Shown here piece by piece: positions 56,995-64,000 of a stretch of DNA of 64,000 nucleotides. The position numbers and the translations under genes were made by a program. Source of the DNA: an uncultured virus (IMG/VR IMGVR_UViG_3300044998_000523) (taxonomy: Duplodnaviria > Heunggongvirae > Uroviricota > Caudoviricetes); IMG/VR virus record IMGVR_UViG_3300044998_000523. One strand, 5' to 3'. Within the stretch, counting starts at the first letter, position 1, and every line of letters begins with the position of its first letter. The notes below the pieces were generated by a model, which was not told where the DNA came from, searched no databases, and saw only the letters and a program-made list of their open reading frames with translations.

Positions 56995-58038
56995 ATGTCA
57001 GATGAGCGTCGTATTCTCAAGGAGTACGTAAAAAGTGTCCTCCAGGAAGACGAAGGCTACGGCGCCGCCTACGGCGACTATTCGGACTCTCCGTACGGAG
57101 TCTCGTGGGGCGGACCAAGTCTCTTTAAGATCTTTGTCGAACCTTTCGTGGACGTCTTTAAGACGACGAAGGCCGCCGCCGAAGATATCTCGGCGCGCAC
57201 GCGCGCTGCGGCGAAAGTGGCCTTCGAGGCCATCGCGACGTCGCTCATTCCCGGACTCAGCTCGGATTACAAGGCTATATTCGAAAAGGAGCACGCTGAG
57301 CTCGAGAAGATCAAAGGAAAATATCGAGACGTTTTCGAGCGTACTGATAAGGCTCTTTTTAACGAAGGTAACGATTTCGTTTTGTTAGCCTTTCTGCTTG
57401 ACCCGGCCCGATTCATCACGGCGGTGGCCCTCAATAAGGCTCCGTCGACTGTCCTCTCCATCTTCGAGATCTTTGCAGGCGAGAGCCCGAAGCTTAAATC
57501 CTTCTTCGATAAGCTCAAGATCCTCAAGCATGTTCCCGGACAGTCCAAAGAACCCTCGGGTTGGCACATGGGCGGTCACGGTTATCTCGAGGGTCGGATC
57601 TACGAGGAAAACGAACCCGCTCAAGACCCAAACGCTGAGCTAAAATCGAAGCTCGGCAATCCGAAGGTCTTGGCCGCCATTCAGAATTCTTCTAAGGCGA
57701 AAGCCATGAAGCAGGACGCCATGACATTGGTCAACCAAACGGTCAACGATCTGCTGTCAAAGGTCAAGGCCGTGCAGTCGGCACGAACGCTAGAAGACTT
57801 AGCGAAAGAGGCTCCGGGCTTCGATCGATCGAAATTGGCTCCTCTGCAGAAGCTGCCGGCGAACGAGAGACAGACAGCCGAACAGGCTATCGTGGCTCAA
57901 GTCAAGAAGGCGGCCAACGCTTTTTATGTCAAGACGCTGCAGGCTCAGATCGATTCTGCCATGAAAGCAGGAGTACCGGCGGATAATCCGCTTCTTCAAG
58001 GTTACAAAAAAGTGATGAGTATGATAAGATCGTCTTGA
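56995..58038 (+). CDS. protein with N-terminal helical tag
   Basis: MSDERRILKEYVKSVLQED; ATAGTTA 5 nt upstream. Confidence 0.7.
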   Translation: MSDERRILKEYVKSVLQEDEGYGAAYGDYSDSPYGVSWGGPSLFKIFVEPFVDVFKTTKAAAEDISARTRAAAKVAFEAIATSLIPGLSSDYKAIFEKEHAELEKIKGKYRDVFERTDKALFNEGNDFVLLAFLLDPARFITAVALNKAPSTVLSIFEIFAGESPKLKSFFDKLKILKHVPGQSKEPSGWHMGGHGYLEGRIYEENEPAQDPNAELKSKLGNPKVLAAIQNSSKAKAMKQDAMTLVNQTVNDLLSKVKAVQSARTLEDLAKEAPGFDRSKLAPLQKLPANERQTAEQAIVAQVKKAANAFYVKTLQAQIDSAMKAGVPADNPLLQGYKKVMSMIRSS

Positions 58039-58651
58039 TGCACTGTGTGTACGTCATTCAGAACACTCTGAATGGTAAGTGTTGCGTCGGATACTCTTTT
58101 AGTCCCGATGATCGATGGAAAGAGCATGTTCGACTCTCAAAAAAGCTGAACCCTCCGTGTCACATTCATCGAGCCATGAAAAAAGATGGCCTCTCGAATT
58201 TTGATTTTCAAGTTGTAGAAACGTTTGAAACTAAAGAAGCTAGATTTTTGGCAGAAGTCAAATTGATTTCTCAATTTGGTCCTTACGGAGACGGTGGTTA
58301 TAACGAAACTCGAGGAGGAGATGGATATTCTCATTCGTGGAGTTCTGAACAAAATTGGCTCAGTCAATTCGTCTTAAAAAGAAGTATGAGTCATATGAGA
58401 TTCCCCTTGAAACGAGAGAGAAGCTAAGTGCTATTTGGAAAGGTCGCTTCCATTCCGAAGAGTCAAAACTTTTGATGGCAGAGAAAGCCAGAGGGAAGAA
58501 ATACACTTTAGAAACTCGAGCTAAAATGTCTAAGAAAGCTAAAGGACGACCTTCTCCGAATAAGGGGAAAGTGATGTCCGAAGAGCAAAAGCTAAAGATT
58601 AGCGAGACTAAGAGGAAAAATGGAAAACGCAAAGAACTACAACACGGCTGA
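58035..58651 (+). pseudogene. frameshifted GIY-YIG homing endonuclease with NUMOD3 repeats
   Basis: VYVIQN..CVG..RWKEH, GYNETRGG; NUMOD3 repeats in the next frame after the A run at about 58350. Confidence 0.75.
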
Positions 58652-58895
58652 GATGCAACCCGATGAACTCAACGCGCTCAAAGCGCTGGTCGAAGAATTT
58701 CTTGGCAAAGTTCAGAACATCGACAACGAGATTCAGCTGCTGAAAGACGATCGCAAAGAGCTGTTCGAGGAGTACTCGGATCGTCTAGATATGAAGACGC
58801 TCAAAGCCGCTCTGAGCATCATTAAGATCCAAAAGGGAGTCGCGCATGCGGACACTTTTGAAATGTTTATGGAAGTTCTAGATAAGCAGATATGA
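58620..58895 (+). CDS. GapR / T4 DsbA-like small DNA-binding protein
   Basis: LKALVEEF..IDNEIQLLKDDRKELFEE..LDMKTLKAAL. Confidence 0.55.
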   Translation: MENAKNYNTAEMQPDELNALKALVEEFLGKVQNIDNEIQLLKDDRKELFEEYSDRLDMKTLKAALSIIKIQKGVAHADTFEMFMEVLDKQI

Positions 58896-59470
58896 ATTTC
58901 GTATACGTCATTTCAAACAACCAAACGAAGAAAAGATATGTTGGATTGTCGAACAACGTAGCTAAGCGCTGGAAAGAACACGTCCGTCATGCCTTTGATA
59001 ACTGCACGACGAAATATCTCTTGCATCAAGCGTTGGTGAAATACGGTGTTGATTCGTTTTCTCTAAGCGTTTTAGAAGAATATGAATTGAGAGATGACGC
59101 TTTACGAGCTGAAGCGCGTCTTATTAAAGAGCTTGATACGTTTGGGCCTAACGGATACAATATGACCGGTGGGTGGGAAGGTGCGCTCATTGTTAGCGAA
59201 AACACGCGGACAGTGATTTCTGAATCCCAAAAAAGAAGATTTGCTTCCGTTAAAGAGAGAGAAAAACATAGCAATGCTTGCAAAGGTTCTCTTCGAAGTG
59301 AAGAAACTAAGAAAAGAATAAGTGAATGTCAAAAGGGACGTAAACATACTACTCATTCAAAAATGAAAATGAGCCTTTCGAGAAAAGGAATTAAGTTTTC
59401 CGAAGAGCGTAAACAAAAGATGAGAGATGGCTGGGCGCGCAAGAAAGTCCTCGAAAAAGAAGGACTTTAA
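58892..59470 (+). mobile_element. intact free-standing GIY-YIG homing endonuclease (Seg-like)
   Basis: FVYVI..YVG..KRWKEH, GYNMTGG, NUMOD3 repeats; AT-rich. Confidence 0.85.
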
Positions 59471-59473
59471 CCC

Positions 59474-59496
59474 CTAGCCCGATTCGGGTTAGTTTC
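59474..59496 (+). terminator. weak hairpin / possible terminator
   Basis: CTAGCCCG-ATT-CGGGTTAG followed by TTTC. Confidence 0.35.
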
Positions 59497-59501
59497 ATTC
59501 C

Positions 59502-60005
59502 ATGAGCAACGAAAAGAGACTCGCGAAGTTCGATCTGAGGTTGACAAGAGCCGAGCTCCTTCATCTCAGAGATCTGATGGGAGTCAGCGTCCCGAACGAG
59601 GGAGGACCCCGCACGGTCTCTTCGACTTTGGCTGCTATCGAGGGTAGAGAGCATGCTGATGAATCCCTTTGGGAAAAGATCAGCTCCGCATGTCAGGTAG
59701 CGCAGATTGCTCTGGAGGACGACGCTCCGGACTATATCATCGCACCGATCGCCTCGCCGCCCATGGCCGTATTTAGATTGCAGGACGACGAGGATCTCGT
59801 CGAGGTTCCGGTCGAAGAATCGGAGGAAAAGGACGATGGAGAAGAAGTACAGAGTGGGTCAGATCCTGTACGTGGTGCTGAACAAGCAGATGAAAGTGTT
59901 CCCCTGCCAGATAGTGGAGGAACTGACAAAAAAGACGATGAACGGCAACAGCGTCGTTTATCGGGTGGCAATCGGAAAAGGAAGCGAACCAAGAGATCTG
60001 AGTGA
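59502..60005 (+). CDS. hypothetical protein
   Basis: 167-aa ORF; its tail overlaps the next gene. Confidence 0.6.
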   Translation: MSNEKRLAKFDLRLTRAELLHLRDLMGVSVPNEGGPRTVSSTLAAIEGREHADESLWEKISSACQVAQIALEDDAPDYIIAPIASPPMAVFRLQDDEDLVEVPVEESEEKDDGEEVQSGSDPVRGAEQADESVPLPDSGGTDKKDDERQQRRLSGGNRKRKRTKRSE

Positions 60006-60306
60006 GCTCGATGGCGAGGTCTTTGACGATCCCGAGGTCGTCAAAAAGACTCTTACTGCCAGAGCCAGCAAGATGATCGAAAAGATGGTCTCCGCGGCGA
60101 CCAAAGCATCATCCGAATGGTATGCCGCCTCTTCTGTCGCTCCCGAAGTCCAGGGCTTGAGCCTCGAGGACATCACACCAGATCCGACGCCTGTCGACGA
60201 TCCGACGGAATCTGATGAATCGGACAAACCCGTCGTTGAATTGCCCGACGGCCGCGTCGCCAAAGTCAACATCAAAATCCCGCCCAACTTCAAGACTGGG
60301 TCATGA
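59836..60306 (+). CDS. hypothetical protein (SH3-like N-terminus)
   Basis: MEKKYRVGQILYVV; AAGGA upstream. Confidence 0.6.
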   Translation: MEKKYRVGQILYVVLNKQMKVFPCQIVEELTKKTMNGNSVVYRVAIGKGSEPRDLSELDGEVFDDPEVVKKTLTARASKMIEKMVSAATKASSEWYAASSVAPEVQGLSLEDITPDPTPVDDPTESDESDKPVVELPDGRVAKVNIKIPPNFKTGS

Positions 60307-60318
60307 TACATATTGACG

Positions 60319-60594
60319 ATGTCTGTTAAGTTCCTCAAGAGCTTTATCAAGGAAGCTATCAAGGGTAAGGTTGCGGCTTCTCCTTCGTATATGAAAAAGG
60401 AAGCCATCAGGGAAAAGTTGCAAGGCATCATCGCCGACGCCGTTGCTAACGGAGAAGTCGTCGATCAGCCCTCATTAGAGCAGTTTTTGGTTGATATCAA
60501 TACATCGATGACGGCCCTCAAAATGATTCCTTTCAAAGTCTGGACTAAGCTGGCGGGCGCGTCCGCGCCACTTCCCAAAAAGAAGGTCAAGTAG
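60319..60594 (+). CDS. small protein with N-terminal helical tag
   Basis: MSVKFLKSFIKEAIK; ATACATA 6 nt upstream. Confidence 0.65.
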   Translation: MSVKFLKSFIKEAIKGKVAASPSYMKKEAIREKLQGIIADAVANGEVVDQPSLEQFLVDINTSMTALKMIPFKVWTKLAGASAPLPKKKVK

Positions 60595-60605
60595 CCTAGT
60601 TCGTT

Positions 60606-60635
60606 ATGTAATCGGGCCTCCATCCATGATAAAAT
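60606..60635 (+). promoter_or_regulatory. promoter ATGTAA-N18-TAAAAT with extended TG
   Basis: Recurrent pattern, 6 nt upstream of ATG 60642. Confidence 0.55.
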
Positions 60636-60641
60636 GGATGC

Positions 60642-61058
60642 ATGGGTCGTCCATTTACCATACGTATGCCCAATTGGGCTGCCGAGAATCCTGACCTCGA
60701 CGAGCTTGAGTTGAGACACAAGCATATGCTGTGTATGCCGAGTTTCGACGCTCTTCGCCAGTACGAATGGGTGCGTCTCAGCGGTAAATTCAACATGCTG
60801 ACCGACGGTCGCAAAGTCGTCGAGGAGATGAAGAAGCTAGGCTTCTTCGACGCCCTGGGTTGGCTTCTTCTTTGCCAAGAAGAAAAGGTTTTCTTCGGGA
60901 CAGTCTATTCGACTGGCATGGAACACTACAAAAAGGAGAATCCCGGCAACTGGTTCGATGCGGATTTTCTGAAGGACATCCAGAGGTCGAAAAAGAGGGA
61001 TCTCAAGGAGCAGCTACGACAGCTCCAGGCTGAGATCGACGAATTGGAGAACGAATGA
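60642..61058 (+). CDS. hypothetical protein
   Basis: 138-aa ORF. Confidence 0.6.
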   Translation: MGRPFTIRMPNWAAENPDLDELELRHKHMLCMPSFDALRQYEWVRLSGKFNMLTDGRKVVEEMKKLGFFDALGWLLLCQEEKVFFGTVYSTGMEHYKKENPGNWFDADFLKDIQRSKKRDLKEQLRQLQAEIDELENE

Positions 61059-61876
61059 AGCATCTCATCATCGACGGTATGAATTTTGCCTGGAGATCCA
61101 AAGTCTGGGGACCCGCGCGTGACGCGCCCGGTTTCATTTTCTTTCGCAACCTGAAGGCTCTCGTTGAGATGCACCAGCCCGATTACGTCTGGTATGTTTT
61201 GGAGGGTCGCCCGCAGGCGCGTCATGACATCGCGCCGACGTACAAGGCCAACCGCATCCTGGCTCCGGACGATCCGAAGCTGCAGGAGCGCAAGGATTTC
61301 ATGTCCGAGATCCGATCTGCCGTGGGTATCATGGCGACGTATCTTCCCATCTCGACCGTGCGGCATCCGCATTGGGAGTGTGACGATACGATTTTCAATC
61401 TCGTCAAGAAAGCCTTGCAACACGAATCAGAAGTGATCGTGTCGTCGAGCGATTCCGATTTCATCCAGCTCATCCAGGATTTTCCCAAAGCTAAGCTGTG
61501 GAATCATACCAAGAAAGTCTATGTCGAGGCTCCGGAGTATGATTACGTGACGTGGAAGGCCCTCCGCGGCGACGGATCCGACAACATCAAGGGAGTCAAG
61601 GGAGTTGGCGACAAGACGGCGCAGAAGCTGATGGCCGATCAGGATTCGTTGATCGAGTTCCTGACTGAGGATTCGAATCGGGCTCAGTTCGAGAGAAACG
61701 TCTCTCTCATTCGCTTTCACGAGTTCTCGGACGAAGAGCGGGCCCAAATCGAGCATTCTCGTGGCATGTTTGATCCCGATTTCATGCGTAATTATTTCGA
61801 GAGCTGCGGCTATCCGTCCATGCTGTCTGAGACGTATTGGCCCACGTTCGTCGCGACTTTCGAAAGGCTGAAATGA
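61055..61876 (+). CDS. second 5'-3' exonuclease / flap endonuclease
   Basis: IIDGMN, YKANR, ECDD, SSDSDFIQL, GDGSDNIKGVKGVGDKTA. Confidence 0.9.
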   Translation: MKHLIIDGMNFAWRSKVWGPARDAPGFIFFRNLKALVEMHQPDYVWYVLEGRPQARHDIAPTYKANRILAPDDPKLQERKDFMSEIRSAVGIMATYLPISTVRHPHWECDDTIFNLVKKALQHESEVIVSSSDSDFIQLIQDFPKAKLWNHTKKVYVEAPEYDYVTWKALRGDGSDNIKGVKGVGDKTAQKLMADQDSLIEFLTEDSNRAQFERNVSLIRFHEFSDEERAQIEHSRGMFDPDFMRNYFESCGYPSMLSETYWPTFVATFERLK

Positions 61877-62916
61877 ACGATCCCCTCGTTCGAACGACTT
61901 TACCTGCCGGCTGGATTGATTTGGGTATCGGAGATGCCAAAGCCGTCCGTCGAGCGTTCGAGCGCACCTTTGGTTTCGGTTTCGATATGTTTCGAAGCGC
62001 CGATCGAGACACGCTTTTCGATTATCAGCCTCCTTCGGGCTTGCGACCGCTTGTTTCCTATCTCGAAGCTCGTCACAACCAGCCCGTCGTAATCACGTCA
62101 GGAGCCAAGCAAGGGCTCTGCGCCGCTTTTTCGGCGTTGAAGTCTTTAGGCCATCGCAAGCTTGGTTTGCGAGTTCCTTATTGGTGCCAGCTGCCGCCCG
62201 CCATCAAGAGCGAGGGACTGAATCCTGTGTTCGTTAAGGGCAGCTATCGATTTAGTTTCAATCCTCGCGAACCGAGCGCTTTTGATTCGTATCTGCTTGT
62301 AAGTCCGGGCAATCCGGACGCGTACGTCGAGAATCCGGATTACATAGAGAAGCTCAAGCTAGCTCGTATTCCCGTCATTCACGACGCTGCGTATAACACA
62401 CGAGCTTATACGGGATTCTTGCACTCGCACGATAAGTTCGACGCTGATGTCGAAATTTACAGCTTCTCCAAGATGTTTGGATTGAGTGGGCTACGAGTGG
62501 GTTACTGCGTCGTTCGTAACGACGCCATCTATAAACATATGCTCGATTATGTCGAAACGAAGACGGTGGGTGTCAGCAGCCTTTCCCAAAACTTCGTCCT
62601 ATCGGCGCTCGAGCGCGGCGACTATCCGGTCGGCGTCAACAAGAAATTGGTGCACGTCTTTGAGGACGCTGCCAAACTCGAGCTCAGAGCTTCAGCTGAG
62701 CAGTTTAAGCGACTCGATAAACTGAAGCCGCATCACATGATGATTGGTCCCATGTTCGGATGGTTCCGAAACGATGGAATCGATTTTGAAAAGCATCGAA
62801 TCCACGTCATGGACGGCAAACACTTCGGTGCCCCGGGTTATGTGCGTATCAATTTCGCCGCCGGTTCGGAAGTCTGCCGAGAGGCCGTCGATCGGATTCT
62901 ATCTGAGACGGTGTAA
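61873..62916 (+). CDS. PLP-dependent aminotransferase class I/II
   Basis: ITSGAKQG, SPGNP, IHDAAY, SFSKMFGLSGLRVG, YVRINF. Confidence 0.88.
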   Translation: MNDPLVRTTLPAGWIDLGIGDAKAVRRAFERTFGFGFDMFRSADRDTLFDYQPPSGLRPLVSYLEARHNQPVVITSGAKQGLCAAFSALKSLGHRKLGLRVPYWCQLPPAIKSEGLNPVFVKGSYRFSFNPREPSAFDSYLLVSPGNPDAYVENPDYIEKLKLARIPVIHDAAYNTRAYTGFLHSHDKFDADVEIYSFSKMFGLSGLRVGYCVVRNDAIYKHMLDYVETKTVGVSSLSQNFVLSALERGDYPVGVNKKLVHVFEDAAKLELRASAEQFKRLDKLKPHHMMIGPMFGWFRNDGIDFEKHRIHVMDGKHFGAPGYVRINFAAGSEVCREAVDRILSETV

Positions 62917-62924
62917 TTAAAGTC

Positions 62925-63371
62925 ATGAAAAAGTTGTCTTTGACCCTGGGCATGATCTGGGCGTCTCCTATTACGCTCGTTTGCTTCATCTTCTATGTGC
63001 TGCCTTTTTGGCTTTTGGGATGGTACGAGTACATCGGTTGGTATGAGAATTGCTGGGCCTGGAAACTAAGAATAGAAGCACCCGAATTCGTCCATAGGTT
63101 GTGGAAAGGATGGACCGGACACTGCGTCGGTAACATGATCGTCATGGTCGAACGACCCGACATGTCCAAGAGATTTCAGGTCATATTGGCGCACGAGCAA
63201 CAGCACGTTCTTCAGTGCATGAAACTGGGAATCTTCCAGCCTATCCTCTATTACGCCAATCGCCTGGTCATCAAGTGGGCCTGCAAGAATTCTCATTCGT
63301 ATTACGACAATCCGTTCGAAATCGACGCTCGTCGCGGCGCAGGCCAATATATCAACTATAAGCAGCGCTAA
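62925..63371 (+). CDS. HExxH zincin-like membrane-associated protein
   Basis: LAHEQQHVLQ...YYDNPFEIDA. Confidence 0.7.
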   Translation: MKKLSLTLGMIWASPITLVCFIFYVLPFWLLGWYEYIGWYENCWAWKLRIEAPEFVHRLWKGWTGHCVGNMIVMVERPDMSKRFQVILAHEQQHVLQCMKLGIFQPILYYANRLVIKWACKNSHSYYDNPFEIDARRGAGQYINYKQR

Positions 63372-63400
63372 CTTTCTACTTAAACGTTGGGAGGTGCGCG

Positions 63401-64000
63401 ATGCCGATCAACGTTTCACAAGTCAAGTGGTCAGCTTACGCCGGATTCGAGGGTCCGGTCTTTTACGGTAGCAAGTCATTCAAGATTCCTGAGAATCCCA
63501 CCTTCCTACATAAATGCATGGCGATCATCTCGGCCGTCGAAGGGCATATTGACGCCGTCAACATGTACGACTCGGGTATCGTCTCAGTTGGCACCGTGCA
63601 GTGGATCGAAAGAGGCGTGAGCTCCGTTTCTGACATGATCGGAAAAGTGGCCGATGAGCTCGGACTTTATTACGTCAACACGGTTCTAGCGCCGGCTCTG
63701 AAGATGTCCAATGCCGTCTTTAAGAAGAATTCCAAAGGTAAGTGGAGGTTCTTCATGACAAAGGATGGCAAGGAGATCGAAGTCAATACGGTCGCTACGC
63801 AGCAGCAATGCTTCCTTTCTTGCGACGGTAAGAAAGGATCCTGGAAGCCCGAAAACGTCCTGCATGCCAAGACATGGTGCGCGGCTATAGCTTCATTGTG
63901 GGATTCGGAAGAGGCGTGTCGAACCCAAATCGAATTTTCGGCTGGGAGATTGCTGCCTTGGTTCGTGACACCCAACGCAAAGAAGATTCTCTTTTCCGAT
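63401..64000 (+). CDS. lysozyme-like peptidoglycan hydrolase, 3'-partial (not in ORF track)
   Basis: GGAGG then ATG 63401, open to the window end; VEGHIDAVNMYDSGIVSVGTVQW motif. Confidence 0.6.
   Translation, partial: MPINVSQVKWSAYAGFEGPVFYGSKSFKIPENPTFLHKCMAIISAVEGHIDAVNMYDSGIVSVGTVQWIERGVSSVSDMIGKVADELGLYYVNTVLAPALKMSNAVFKKNSKGKWRFFMTKDGKEIEVNTVATQQQCFLSCDGKKGSWKPENVLHAKTWCAAIASLWDSEEACRTQIEFSAGRLLPWFVTPNAKKILFSD

Noticed and set aside
59836..60005. 170-nt overlap between two plus-strand ORFs as a programmed frameshift
   Set aside because: No slippery site seen; the downstream gene has its own SD and start, and the upstream tail is low-complexity.
1..64000. Alternative genetic code (stop codon reassignment)
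   Set aside because: Long core genes are intact in code 11, and TAA, TGA and TAG all end conserved proteins at their expected C-termini.
1..64000. tRNA, rRNA, CRISPR array, integrase or IS element
   Set aside because: None recognised by eye; intergenic gaps are mostly too short. A tRNAscan or Infernal run would be needed to exclude small RNAs.

Overview
This 64-kb window is a segment of a large lytic myovirus (jumbo-phage-like) genome in the standard genetic code, coded almost entirely on the + strand. In order it holds: a tail/baseplate module (tape measure, baseplate proteins); a replication and nucleotide module (minimal family A polymerase, SSB, RecA, dUTPase, 5'-3' exonuclease, DnaB-like helicase, class II RNR, ThyX, dTMP kinase, dCTPase-like protein, Hsp20); a decaying accessory island; a fractured dnaE whose halves carry a split intein and flank a free-standing Vsr-like endonuclease; a DNA hypermodification cluster; and a long run of small, probably late genes mixed with AT-rich, mostly frameshifted homing endonuclease genes. 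Three things stand out. (1) An apparent pathway for pentose-glycosylated 5-hydroxymethylcytosine DNA: T4 gp42-like dCMP hydroxymethylase, dNMP kinase, dCTPase, T4 BGT-like transferase, UDP-xylose synthase and a UDP-sugar 4-epimerase. (2) About 15 unrelated proteins share an amphipathic helical tag ending in L/I-x-E, a candidate capsid-packaging and protease-processing signal, and many follow a TAnTTA promoter-like motif. (3) The Ser1/Ser+1 split DnaE intein. All family calls come from motif recognition by eye; no searches were run. No tRNA, rRNA or CRISPR array was seen, and the host cannot be determined from this window.
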